Assembly: GCF_009914755.1 (NCBI RefSeq) | Contig: NC_060927.1 | Source: the human T2T-CHM13v2.0 reference genome, Homo sapiens | DNA: 64,000 nt | Direction: 5' to 3' (one strand) | Shown: in pieces, positions 42,027 through 57,523 of the stretch | How the letters are laid out: each line of letters begins with the position of its first letter | How positions within the stretch are numbered: position 1 is the stretch's first letter | Program-made: the position numbers and the translations under genes | Notes under the pieces: model-generated | What the model was told of the DNA's origin: nothing | The model's database searches: none | What the model saw: the letters and a program-made list of their open reading frames with translations, nothing else

Positions 42027-43842
42027 GAAGTATTTTTAAAGCATCTATTAATGCCAATACTGTTCTAGATATTTGGTAAACACTAGTGAATAAAATCAAC
42101 TATATATGTACCTACTCTCCTGGAGCTCATATTCTAGTGGGACACTTAATATCTTAGGGGGGTACTTTCATTCTATTGCTGAATGATTACATGAGCACAT
42201 GAATGAATGAGGCTAAATAAATAAGTTGGTGAAAGAATATCAGAGATTTTGAATGCCTCATTAAGGTGTTTAAATTTTATTTTACAGGCAGTGAGGAACT
42301 GGGGATTGTTCTTATGCAGAAGTAAATTGATGAAATCTATTTTTAGAAACAGTTGATAGAGTAGAGAATGGATTTAGAGGTGAAGAATGGCTTGCCAAAG
42401 GCTTGAACCATGACAATGACAGTTGGAATACAGAGTAGGAAATAGACCCAAGAGATATTTATAATACTGATAACTGAGATGAAAAAAGGCTAGGAAAACT
42501 GGTGTGGTAAATCAGAGGCTGAAAACAAAGTCATACATTTATAATCATTTGAGTGTAGGTGATAGTCACTTCTCTTTAATTTAGACTAGCTTAATGAGAA
42601 ACTTTTTTTCCTGTTAACATATTAAAAGGTACACACACAGAGACACCTCAGATTAAAACATTCTGCCATTTTCTATCACATTACTAACATTACCAATAAT
42701 GTATTGAGCATCTGTAGAACATGTAGTATACTTCAACATTCAAACAGGGAATTTAGACAATTATTCTATTTGAAAGCAATAGGCTTTATGTGCAGAGCCA
42801 TCAGAACGGAAAGCTTGACATGGGAAATTTAGCCGTTGAAATGCAACCAAGAACACATCAGAGGTGACCTACATAAAGAAACTTAGTACAAATGATTCCT
42901 CCTTTGGGGAATCTACTTTTGTTCTTTCTTGTTCAACTGGGGAGAGGGGAAAAATTCTGTCTATAAAAATGCTGAGAAAGAAACTAGGATGAAGAATTGT
43001 TTTAGAAGGCCCATTTGTACTGCATCTGTGAGAATTTCTTGTAGTTAGTTGTTAGAATTTATTCATTTCATCTGAATATGTTTCATCCTTAAATGGATTT
43101 TCAATGATAGCTCTTTTGAGACTGTCTGATCACTGTCCTGCATGTATGAAACCATTGATCAGGAAATTCTCCTGCAACAGAAAGGACTTGGTGGCATCCA
43201 GAAAGTCCAGTGGCATCTTTAAAATAGCAGCCTGTCTCCTGACCCCTCTATTGACAGTTTTTTTTTTCACATTTAACATAGAACAGTCATTGTACATCAC
43301 AGCAAGAAAGGAAGCAACCACCCTTGCATTTATATTTGCTGAGATAAATACACAAACACAGACTCAGAGATATCAGCAAAATCCCAACATAGAAGTATAA
43401 ATAAGAACCAACAATTCAAATGCATAAAATGTTTGTTTATATTATTGAGAGCTTAATGAGATGTTTGGGGTTTAACTAGCTTAACCAGCTGACTGGGAGT
43501 TTTAGGGTCCAAGAGTCAGTCACCAACAGTGTTATAACCAAATTAACTTTATTGCAGGATGTAAGGTTGGTAGGGTTTTACTATTTTCCATATAAAGGTA
43601 TACAAACTCATACACACACATACACAGTTAAGAAATAAATATATGGAAAAGAAACCTAGCTTTTATTTTGAAAATTGTGAAACCATATCAGATAATTCCA
43701 CATTTTCCGTAGGTCAGGTATACTCTATATATCCAGCACCTTGTGCAGTGGGCTACTAGAAAGACAATTCCACAAACTTTCAATCGTGAAATCTTAGAGC
43801 TGGAAAGGGGATTGTTCAATCTCCTCATCAAAAGAGTCATAG

Positions 43843-44070
43843 ACTTTGGGAGGACAAGGCCAGTGGATCACGAAGTCAAGAGATTGAGATCATCCTGGCC
43901 AACATGGTGAAACCTCGTCTCTACTAAAATGCAAAAATTAGCTGGGCGTCGTGGTGCATTCCTGTAGTCCCAGCAACTCAGGAGATGGAGGTTGCAGTGA
44001 GCCGAGATGGAACCACTGTACTCCAGCCTGGTGACAGAGTGAGAATCCATCTCAGGAGAAAAAAACAAAA
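43843..44070 (+). mobile_element. AluSc-like, 5'-truncated, with right-arm internal deletion
   Basis: Begins ACTTTGGGAGG; GTCAAGAGATTGAGATCATCCTGGCCAAC; lacks GCTGAGGCAGGAGAATCGCTTGAACCC. Confidence 0.9.
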
Positions 44071-46309
44071 AGAGAGGCATAGAGAGTATCCAATAATTTT
44101 TTAATTTCATAGAGCTGGATAATTTCTGAGCTAGACTAAAACCCAAATATCTTGTTTTGAAGGGTATCTATTCAGTGTTCTTATATTTATTCATTTTTCA
44201 ACTGGTGCTTTATGTTTATAAGAAAATATGAAAAGTCATACTTCAGTAATGTAAAGTCCAGAATGAAGGAGAATTCAGAAATACCTCTGTTGTTCTCCTT
44301 GTCTTTGTCTTATAATCTTTCTTTTTCTCTCTCTTCCCTCTACCCCCTGCCATTCTGACCATTATGCCATGGGCTGGGTAGTTTTATTCAAATATTCTGC
44401 ATATCTAAGTTTTCCTCCTCCTGAATATCAAAACCCTTGGCCTTTTGCTTATCATGTGAAGAAATTATGAAAACTGGAGAGCCAATTTTTTAAAGAATTG
44501 AAGATACTTGAGGGAAAAGTCTTGTCTTTTAAAATTAAATAATATTTTATATTTCATCTATTACTTAATTATAATGCTTTGAGTAAGATACACCGCAAAA
44601 AAAAAAAAAAAGCAAAAGCGAACGACTAAAAAGCAGACAACTGCCTAAAACTGAAAGGTGAGGAAACTTGAAGTGTGAGGGTCAATTTTTTTCTTTCCTT
44701 AAAGCTTGTTGTTGCATTAATCATAAGGTTGTAATATTCCTGACAGGTTAGGAAGTGATAAAAACAAAAGAAAAACCCAAACTGATTGCACTAAGAAAAT
44801 ATTTATGCATCTTGTTTTTTTTTATTCCAAGCCTTCAACTTTCACTAGTTGCTAAAAAAAATTTTTTTAAAGACATAGTTCCTGAGAAAGTTGAGAATGA
44901 CTGAAGAAATGACTGAAAAATTACAAGAAAAACTAAGGGAATTTTTAGTCCCACTGTAATGTGCTGAAAAAAACTTTGTTGGATTATTTGTTGCTATGAT
45001 TCCCTGATCAAAAAGTTAAGAGCTAAATAGATTATAAGCTGCTTAAGGATCGGTCCCCTGTTTTATTTGATTTTGTTTCCTCTCAGGAATTTTACATAGA
45101 TTTCTCAACAGTTATTGTTTTCTTAAACTGTTACTGGCCTATAGTTCAGCTGTAATAATTGCAAAGAACATGTATCTACTGTTCCTGCCAATGTTTCACT
45201 TGCCTTTAATAGTATAGACCAATTTCCCATAGACTGTATTCACCAGCAAACCAGTCAATGTCTTCGGATTCAAATACATAGTACTAAGCCATTAAATAAG
45301 CTTAACAATGCCAAAGAGCCATCAAGAATTACTCCCATGAATTTAAAGTTATGGGAAAGAATTTTACAAAGATGATTATCAAAATGTTTTTAGAAACTAA
45401 AACTTGAATTTATTACATAATTCTTTTTAACTTATATTGAGGTTTTAACCACAGTGTTATATTTCAAATTTTCACTGATTATTTATTCCAGAAATTATTA
45501 CAATTAAAAGGAAAGGGGAATAAATATCTACTTCTTTCTCCACCTCTTTTTAAAGGGTAAAACAAAAACAGTGTTCGCGTATTCCAATTCACTTCTTAGT
45601 TTATTCCCATTCCCTTCCATGACAATAATCTTGGAAAAGTGTGATGAGTCTTGTTACTGAGTGGAGCTGCAAGGGATGGCTGGGGAGTACCTGGATCTTA
45701 CAGTAATATACATATTGATTCATTTAATAAATTGGCACATATTAACTTTGAGGCCTATAGAAACTTTCTGAGTCTCTGTTACTCCACATGAAAAAAATAA
45801 AGGTTTTTTGAGGATGAATGATAAAACAAGTACAAGAATATCAATCATATTTTCTGGCATAAAGTTTTGCTTGCTACATATGAGTGTCCTTTCTCAGAGT
45901 TAGCTGATGGTACTCATTTCAAGGAAATGAGTGATATTACACATGGAAGAGTTCACTTTCTGTGATCATTTAAATATAGAGCTGCATATCATTTTCTACT
46001 CATACTATGTTGCAACGCTTTACCCAAGAGTTATTGGCAACGGAAACCAGCCTGTTTAAGATGAATGACACACCCATTTTATTTTCACTATCCCTGCTAC
46101 TAGTTTCCCTATATTTCCAGAGAGCTAGCCACCTTGAATACAGAGTTCTTAAAGGCAGTGGACATTTTTATATACATTCTGTACAGTGGCTACTCTCATA
46201 TTTTAAACAGAAAATACAGATTTCTCTCATGTAACGACTTGGTTAAAAATGGTAGCAGTTGGCAAGAGTTGTTAAGTGCTGTTTTTGTTTTGTTTTGTTT
46301 TGTTTTAAG

Positions 46310-47335
<1,026 letters not shown>

Positions 47336-47459
47336 TAGTCAATGAAACAAGTATCATTTTTATTTTCACATATTAATACTTTTCAAGATAAGAAAGAAAG
47401 TTAACTCAAGTAAGAAGACATGACAGAAGTATGGTTGAGAATGGTTTTGGTTTAAGGAT

Positions 47460-48256
47460 CCACCTAGTTGCTCAACCAAAAACCACAATTGTCGTTCTTT
47501 TTTTTTTTTTTTTTTCTTATTCTTACCCTGACATTCTATTCATCAACAATCCTGTCTCCTCTCCCTTGAAAACATATCTGAAATCTAATAAACTGCCTCC
47601 CTCTCCACAGCTGCCACCTGAGTCCAATCACCACCATCACAGTCACCCAGCAGCAGAGGTGACTCATGTCCTAGCTTGCACCCCAGTTTCCTAGATTCCT
47701 CTCTTCCCAAAAGCAGTCCTAGTAATCCTCTAAAACTTTAAGTTAAACTGTGCTCCCCACTCCTGCTAAAAACTCTCCAATGGCTTTTTATCTCACTTTT
47801 AAAAATATAATTCAAACTCCAACCTCTATGATCAGTCTTCTACCTTGATTTCTGACCTCTGCCTACTCTTCTGAGCTGTACCTTCCTCACCTCTCTGTTG
47901 CTCAACTATTTTAAGCTTCTTCCGGTTCAAGTTTCTCTGTCTCTGCCTGAAATATTCTTTCCTCTTCCGTCACATAGCTGATTCCTTCTAGTCTTTCACA
48001 TCTCAGCTCAATGAGACATTCCCTGATGCTTGAATTTAAAGTAGTGCTCACTTTTTCACCCTCATATCACCTAGCTTTAAAATTTTCTGCATTACAGTTA
48101 TTACCATTATTTTGCATTTTTTGATTCTTTATCTTCCTGAAACTTATAAAGTTTTAAGAGAACAGAGATATTGCTTGCTTTGTTCAATGCTCTGTCTCTA
48201 GCAACTAAAATGATACCTGCCACTATAGGTACTCAATAAATATTAAATGAATGAAG
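47460..48256 (+). mobile_element. L2a 3' region with intact terminus
   Basis: CACCTAGTTGCTCA...AAAACTCTCCAATGGCTT...CTCTGCCTGAAAT...TAGGTACTCAATAAATATTAAATGAATGAA. Confidence 0.85.
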
Positions 48257-48269
48257 ACAAATAAATAGT

Positions 48270-48750
48270 GGAGTTAGTCAGGAACCAGCCAAGAATATAG
48301 AATCTATGCCAATTATTTAAAGAAAAAACTTATTGCAGGGAATTTGCTACCCAGGTGGTGTTAAGAACTGAGAAGCCAAACAGGGCACTGGGAAGCCACT
48401 GAAAAATTATCAACAGCAGGAATATCAGCATAGGGCTGATGGCAAATGGAAAAGGTTGTGCTGCTGGAGTCTCAAACCAGAGTCCACTGGTAGAAGCACA
48501 AACTACAGAGAAGCTTCCTTCTAATGGAGAAGTCTCCAAAAGCAGAGAAGGAGGAAATAACCTACATTTTCCATCTTCCTGCTTCTAGTTTTCAGCCAGA
48601 TGGAGCCAAGGCAGAAGCCCACTGGTGGAACCTAGGCAGATGCCAGCAGACACAGAAACCTGGGAAACAGGCTGCACATTGAGTCATCCTCTAATGGAAG
48701 ATGGGATGGCAAGGAATGGACACAAGGGAGAACTGACGAGGGATCTACAC
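48270..48750 (-). mobile_element. Old ERVL/MaLR-type LTR, family uncertain
   Basis: GTTAGTCAGGAACCAGCCAAG...TTATTGCAGGGAATTTGCTAC...AGAACTGAGAAGCCAAACAGGG pattern. Confidence 0.45.
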
Positions 48751-49446
48751 GTGTAGGAACTTTTCTCTGGATGAGAAAAATGTAAATCCATTCAGAAACA
48801 TTTCTTCTCTATCAGTGAAGCTCTACTTATATTTAGGGGAATAGAAACATTTGAGGGTATCTAAAATATCTGGTAATAGAGGAAATTTAATATATTATTT
48901 GGTGTGCTTTTTACCCAGTGAACAGTTGAACCCATTATTTACAACTTAGCATTACTTTAGCTGAAAAGGTATCTGGAGATTAAGAAAAATTATACTGATC
49001 ATAATATTAAAAATGTAACTTATTTTTTATTTTGTGTTTCCAGAGTTAGAGGATACCCTGTAGTGTTCTAGCCCACCCATATCTTTCTAATTTTTAAGTG
49101 TGATCACCATTAGAACATGAACATTACCAAATGGGGATTAGGCTTATTCATATGTTTCATTTATTTTAACCTACTTGAACACTGAACTTTCTTTCCTTAT
49201 AATTTGCAAAGACAAAGTCAACATCTGGAGGAGGCCATGCTGATCCCATCTATGCCATAACCTTTACACTGCTGGCTCAACTGTGAGATTGCAAAGGGAT
49301 CAGTGAACTAGATCGCAGACCCCCAGCTCCTTCTGGCCATTTCTCACCTGCTCTCTTCTTCCTGTCCTTCATCTGCCCACCTGTCCCTCTATTTTTCTCT
49401 CTGCTGCTTTCAGACCACAAAGAAAATTGAGTGCAGTGTCACCTTA

Positions 49447-49865
49447 TGATATGGATTGGATGTTTGTCCTCTCCAAACCTCATAATGAAATGTGACCTCC
49501 AGTGTTTTGAGGTTGGCCTGGTGGGAGGTATTGGATGATGAGGGTGGATCCATTATGAATGGCTTAGTGCTATTCCCTTGGTGATGAGTGAATTCATCAG
49601 TTAATTCACAAGAGATCTGGTTGTTTAAGAGTCTAGGACATCCCCCTTCTTTCTCTCTTTCTCCTGTTTTTACCATGTAATGTGTTTACTCCTCCTTCCC
49701 CGTGCTCCATAATTGGAAGCTTCCTGAGGCCTTCACCAGAAGGAGATGCAGCACTATTCTTGGTGTACAGCCCACAGCACTATGAGCCAATTAAGCCTCC
49801 TTTCTTTATAAATTACTCCACCTTAGGTATTTCTTTATAGTAATGCAAAAATAGACTAATAGACA
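49447..49865 (+). mobile_element. MSTB-like solo LTR
   Basis: TGATATGGATTGGATGTTTGTCCTCTCCAAACCTCAT start; GGTATTTCTTTATAGTAATGCAAAAATAGACTAATAGACA end; 5-bp TSD CCTTA/TCTTA. Confidence 0.9.
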
Positions 49866-51209
49866 TCTTACCTACTCATGCCACTGTTTCAGAAGCCACC
49901 CCCGTTCCACTTAAATATCATACATGATGGAAAACAAAACAATACACAAGGTAGAAAACATCCTAGATAGCAGCTCCTGAGGGAAGGTACACTTCTACAA
50001 AATAAAAATCAATGAGTTTATATTTTGGTAGCCTGTGATGTTATACAGAATAGACAGAGATTCTACTTAGGATTCCAATTCCCTTAGGCCCATTAAGTAG
50101 GGCAGATGGACATTAGAAGAGATGCCTTCAAAAGTGGACATTAATGTACTCTTAAAAGTAATGGGTCTGACCTATAAATCATGGGAGGAATGTAGTACAA
50201 AATAGTGAATGAAATATTTATACGTTCCATTGAAGCTTCGTGTATATTCTAGAGGGAGAAGTCCCAGAGAGATGGGTCTTCCCCTTTGTTCTGAATCTAT
50301 TTTCCAATTGCTCTGACACAGCTGTTGGCTTCACAGTCATTCTGAAGTTGATTAGATCAGAAAGCAGAGGCCTGCCTGCCCAGCATGACCAATGAAAAAC
50401 ATAAAGTTTGTCGCTGTTTCAAGCCTGGAGCATGTATTTTGAAGTTGTTTTGGTGTGCATGGGCCTTCGAAGTGGTTCTTTAAATTTCAGTGCTGCTGCG
50501 TTTGTACATCATCTGTGTCCCAAACAGTGCAGCAAAATGTGCAGTGCATAGACTTGCATAAAATCTACCAATCACATTTGGAAATGGCTGTCAGATTTAT
50601 GGAGCATGGCTGTAATTACATTCACAGAAATGCTCAGTTGAAAGCAGTAACGAAGGCTTATTACTTTTGTTTTGTTTGTTTTAATAAAACAAAACACTTG
50701 AGTTTAAGGAAATAAATTGTTACCTATGGAGAAATCTTTTGACTTGTTGTTGGAATGATTTAGTGTTTCTAAAACATGTGCTGTAGGTGAGCCTAAATGC
50801 AGATTCGTTTTTGTCTGAAGGTCAGAAAGGTTTGTAACAACTGCTAACAGTAATATGAGATATTATGCTAACTGCTTTTCAACAATTATTTCATTTAATC
50901 TTCAAAATTAAAAGGCAAGGAGGGAGTATGATTTTCATTCTCCACTTACAGAATCCCTCCTCCCTACCAGCCGAGTCTGTCCTTCACCGTATTCTGATCC
51001 CAGGTCCCTCTAAGCACAAAGTCATATAGATAGGGGAGCCTTTTAGTGAAGCCCTATCCTCCTTCGAAAAGAATTCTCCTAAGTGAATACTGGCCTCTAG
51101 GCCCCTGTGACTATGGGCACAACCTGGGATGCTTTGGGGCTTCATCGATGGGAAACTTGAGTGGCACTTTGCCAGCAACAGCAACACTTCCACTTGCCTT
51201 TCTCGTTTA

Positions 51210-51572
<363 letters not shown>

Positions 51573-51956
51573 CTAAATATAGGATCCAGTACCAACAACA
51601 TTTTAACTATGTCATCGGGAGTGGTCAGCTGAATTATTGAGTCATACAATTTTAGAGTTGGTATGACCTTAAATTTCATGTGGTCTGCACCCCTCCATCT
51701 TCAGCTGAGGAGGCTGGCCTTCAAGGAGTTGGGGGGATTTTACTAAGCCATATAAGTGGGGAGGGTAGTCTGGAATAAGAAACAACATATATTCACTCCC
51801 AGTTCTGAACTTTTCCTTATACTGTATTGCCAGAACACACCATGAAATTTCGCTCTGCAATAGATAAGAGTTTCTTCTTGATACTATATTTTACTATGTT
51901 GATACTATATTATGGAAACAATAAATATATATACATAATAAGTTTTAATTTATTAA

Positions 51957-52329
<373 letters not shown>

Positions 52330-52739
52330 GAAAATTCTTTATTATCTCCCTTCAAAGAGACAAACAGAAAATGAAATTGTTGTCTTAGAATATCTTACAA
52401 TAAAGATTAGCTTACAGAAAACCAAGACTGGTCATGAGGTTTTCTTTCTCTACTCTTTCACATGTTATATGTTTTGTAGGAATTTTGGCCAAGAATCTAG
52501 AGGCTAAATCTGTATACATGGTTTTAAAAAACTGATATAACTGCACCAAAAACTGGAGAGAGGGCAGTGGGGACATCACATCCTAGATATTGACATTTCA
52601 AATGGAGATACTTTCTTTACAAGTGTAGATTCCTAACCTTTAATGCATTCTGAGAATTTGACATGGATTTGTTTTATAGCTCTCAAAGTATTCAATTTAG
52701 AACAACAACAAAAATTGCATTAGAAAACATACTATGCTG

Positions 52740-53022
52740 GGCCCGGCGAAGTGGCTCACACTTGTAATCCCAGCACTTTGGGAGGCCAGGTGGGCAGATC
52801 ACCTGAGGTCAGGAGTTTGAAACCAGCTTGGCCACCATGGTAAAACCCCATCTCTACTAAAGAAAAAAAAAAAAAAGAAAGAAAATTAGCCGGGTGTGTT
52901 AGTGCATGCCTGTAGTCCTAGCTACCTGGGAGGCTGAGACAGGAGATTGCAGTGAGCTAAGAACACTCCACTGCACTCCAGCCTGGGCAACAGAGCTAGA
53001 CTCCATCACAAAAAAAAAAAAA
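52740..53022 (+). mobile_element. AluSx-like with expanded A-rich linker and right-arm deletion
   Basis: GATCACCTGAGGTCAGGAG; linker A-run at about 52859-52885; CAGGAGATTGCAGTGAG junction. Confidence 0.92.
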
Positions 53023-53025
53023 TGT

Positions 53026-53031
<6 letters not shown>

Positions 53032-53076
<45 letters not shown>

Positions 53077-53083
53077 TACACAC
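53032..53083. repeat. (CA)n microsatellite abutting the Alu tail
   Basis: About 17 pure AC units, then degenerate. Confidence 0.95.
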
Positions 53084-54709
53084 GCTGTTCTTTTTTCTCT
53101 GGGAATGCTTAGAGAGACTATACCTTACACGTGTTTTATGAAATAAAATCCTGCTGACTGAGTATGATGGTATGTAAGAGCCCTTTTCATGTCCCAGGAG
53201 AAATAATAGGACAAGTATGTACTTGCCCGAATGTATGTGGCTATTGTATTATTTTCATTTTTGAAAAACTGGCTATTAAAATTGTTTTCTACATTAAAAA
53301 AAGATTGTTTCAGATAAGTGATATATCTAAAGCACTTTAAAAAATGCTGCTCTTACTGTGTTTCAAAATAGTTAAAGTGGGTTTTGGGAAAAGCAATGAG
53401 TAGCTTCAAGGGACTGAATTCTGAAGAAGGAGCCTGAATACCAAATATCACACAAACTAAATTTAGCCTTCTGATGCCATTCTCTGGAGATGAAATTTGG
53501 AGAACTGAATGGAGAGGGAGAGTGTAGAACATTTCCTCCAATTTGTAATATTGGATCAGGCCCATTTTAAACTGTGCTAATTTATTCTTCATTGAACCAT
53601 GGAGATTAATTAATCCTTTGTTTTGATGGATTAATGAGTAATCAATATGCCAAAAGAGGGGAAAGAGAATGATTTCTTCTCAAGGAACAAAGCATTCAGG
53701 TAGCCAAGTCATTTTATCTTTCGTGTTTACAAAGCACACTACAACCCAGATGAAATGTGTGCCGTTCAAGGAGATTTGGACTTTTTTTTTTTAAGCTTAG
53801 GTATCATGAAGGAGCTTCTCTGAGAGAGACAGATTTGATGTGAGGGATTGCAGGGGAGAACTTGGAGCTCTCAGTGGCTTAAAATCTAATTGAGATATGT
53901 TGAAAATATCACAGCACTTTAGGGACCTGTACTTGGTCTACAGAATACTATGGACCTTCTAGATTTCCCTGGGTTAGGAGCTAGCCTGCCAAGAATTTCT
54001 CAGAAACCTTGGTCTCCTTTTTGCCTATCTAGTCTAAGCAGATTTGCATGCAGTTCAGGGGTGGGATGACATGGGTTAAGATGGGTGGAGGGCATGTCTG
54101 TAAGAGATGCTCCTGTTACCTGTGAGAATCATCCTGATACTATTCAGTGTCTGCTGCCACCATATTAATTCCCTTAATATGGTATCAGGCAGATTAACAA
54201 CAGATACCAGGACATACCCTGTGGAATAATCTTTGTTAGTTTTGTAGGCATTCATCTGTACTCAGAAGCTCTGGGACAGTATTTTAAAATCCTACCCTAA
54301 CTTAATTAACAACTTGACAGTCATCTTAATACTTATGTTTCTAACCTGAAGGGTAAAGATAATAACTGTTAATATGTTTGTTTTTAGTTAGAGGGAGGAG
54401 CTTATGTTACAAAACACATAAAAAAATATCAAAGTGGCATAAAGGGGTAGCTGAAATTTTCTGACAAGTGTAATATATTTCCATAAAATTGTTAAATTAA
54501 GATATGTAATCAATTGCCATCTGAACTGGCAAGTGATCCTAAACATCAAACATATATGTTTATGAATAATCATAACATTTATCTCTTCAAATAAAATAGA
54601 GACTGCTCTCTTTGGTTGCCTTTTGTTTAGGCCATTCTACTTTAGAATAGGAAGTCAAAATCCATCATTTAAAATTTTTTTAATTATTGGTTTTTAAATT
54701 TAAGAGTCA

Positions 54710-55100
54710 CTGTGTTTCCAGCCCTGCGGTGGCAGGCAACAGACACTATTCCTAGCTAATAGCAATAACAGCAGATTTTTGAAGTAATATGTGGCTGTCA
54801 AAAGACAAGGTGAATTTGAGAGACCAAGGAACAGGAATCAGTGAAGACTATCTTCAAGGCATCAGAGTGCTGATGAAGACATGCCAGTTATTTTTTGTTT
54901 TGAGCTCATGTAAAACATACATTTTCAGGAAATGAATCTGTTTGGTTCAGCTAAATCAGGGTCAGGTGCCCAATACTTGTGTGGGTAGGAGACTATCTTT
55001 AATACACGTTCAGAATTATAGAAAGATAGTTTCTCGGGGGAGAATTAGTATGCAAACAAAAAAGTAAAAGAGACACAGGGCAGGCAAAATACAAATGTCC
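54710..55100 (-). mobile_element. Old MLT1-type LTR fragment
   Basis: TGGCAGGCAACAGACAC...AGCTAA...GAATCTGTTTGGTTCAGCT...GGTCAGGTGCCCA. Confidence 0.45.
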
Positions 55101-55769
55101 ATTATAGTAACTAAACTAATCCCATCAGTTTTTCATATTTTGTCTTCAGAAGCATGAGAAATAGTCACTCATACTAATCACATCACCTTGAGCAATGATA
55201 AAAGAATAAACTTAGATTAAATCTTAGTGTTGATTAAAGTACAATGCAGCCAGTACTTTAAAAAGAAATATTAATTGATGGTGACAAGGTAGTAAAGTGG
55301 AAGTAAATTAATATTTGGAGAGAGCGAAGTACTATGCAAATTGCTTTACAGGAGCCTCTCATTTAATATTCGTGATGATGATGGGGGAAGACATTCTTAA
55401 ACTCATCTCACTGATAGGGAAACTGAGGATCAGAGCGATTAAGCAACTTTTTCAAGGTCACATACTTAATGACATACAAATATAGTGATGCAGTACAAGT
55501 CTTGAATTACTGGAATACAAATTTGAAGGAAAACACAGAATTGTTTGTCTTGCTGCTATGATGTTGCAGTTGTCATGGATAGTTACTACATAACTCCCCT
55601 CTGTTGGATCATAATGTTATCTTGAGACCTAATCAACTGTAAGCATCTCTTTTCCTGCCAATATCTTTATGATTGTGAATATTATCACTAAATGGTATAT
55701 TCTCTTTTCCTGCTGAAAATCTCAGTTGTCAGTTTTTATTTACAACCAGCCATGCTGTTTTTAATCCGT

Positions 55770-56150
55770 TTGTCTAAGGTCAGGTTTCCTAGAAGCAGAG
55801 GTTGATACTGGGATTCAGGTGTATGTGATTTATCACAGAGTGCTTTTCAGGAAAAAAAGCGAACAAAATACTTTAAAGGAAGCAAGAGAAGGGAGAAGAG
55901 TCAAGTAAGGATGTGCGCTCAGGTAAAAACAAGGGGCCTGGTCCTGATCCACACAAGGCATTCTAAAGTACACCATCCTATAAGATATTTCTCCCTTGAA
56001 AGGGGGGGAACCAGGCCATATATTGGATGAGGGTAATTATCCTGAGTAGGGCAACTGTTAGCCTTTTATTGGAGGGTATTCACAGAAATTGGCAGACGGG
56101 CATACCAGATCCATAAAACGAAGCCAGGCCAGTCATGAACACAGTCTATT
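55770..56150 (-). mobile_element. LTR16/LTR33-like ERVL LTR
   Basis: GGTCAGGTTTCCTAGAAGCAGAG...GGGATTC...GTGATTTAT...GAGTGCTTTTCAGG. Confidence 0.6.
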
Positions 56151-56225
56151 CTCATTTTACGTTCAGGAGCTGAATCTTTGCTTGGCATATCCCCTCTGGT
56201 CAAACAAAGGTTAGATCTCACTTAA

Positions 56226-56580
<355 letters not shown>

Positions 56581-57523
56581 TAATAGGAAGATTCACCTCA
56601 CAACTGAGCCTGCTAATTCCTGGCAGTGGGGACATGTGACCTTGAATACCTAAGGCAAGGCTTAGTCATTGGCTGGATTTAAGCCTGCTTCCATAGCTGT
56701 AATGATACAGAGGGCTCATCCTAAAAGACAATAAAGTAGAATCGATGCCATATAACCATGATTCACCACTGTAGTTCATGCACCTGTGGTCTAAGGATGA
56801 AATCTTATAAGGGAAAATAGTACCTTTTTTGTTTGTTTTCTTAGCTTGCAGAGCTAGCCTAAATGTTCATATCTTACTTTTGTGGTTTGAGTAGATAGCT
56901 TTTGTTTATGTCCCTATTCTCCTTTTCCTTATCTGCTTATCTTGAATTTTGTGAACTGATACACTTTTGTGGTTTAACCAGCATCAGGCTATTTAATATT
57001 ATTTGAGTGTGCTAACACTGAGGTGTTTTTATGCATGGGGATTTTTAAAGTGGTGTAAATAGGTATTTTCTATTTTCTTCTCCCTTGCATCCAAATGATA
57101 ACTATTTGCATTTATTTTCTTTTTACCAACCATATTTTTCAGTCTTTCCTCCCCTACCCACCTTTTTCTTTCCCCAGACCACTATCTTAGTTCACAACCT
57201 TTTCACTTCTTCCCTGGGATATTAGAATAGATTGCTATGTGCTTGTCAAAAGTGTAATGGTGATTTACTGAGAAATCAGAGGGTGTGAATCCCTTTAATG
57301 TAAGTAAAACAGGCAAGATATCAACTGCATAGAGATGGCTTTACAAAGCTGGAGATTCAGAAACATTCACCCCACTGGAGAGACAAATGTCTCTTGACTT
57401 CACAGAGGGACCCTGTCATCGGTAATTGGGTCTGATGGATGCATGAGCCCTTCACTTTCTCAAGAATGTATTCTTACCTTTCTCACATGTTTTCCACCCT
57501 CTAGCCTCTCTTGAATGTCTTAA

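Noticed and set aside
44597-44611. Isolated A15 run as a retrocopy tail
   Set aside because: No recognisable SINE, snRNA or mRNA body and no TSD
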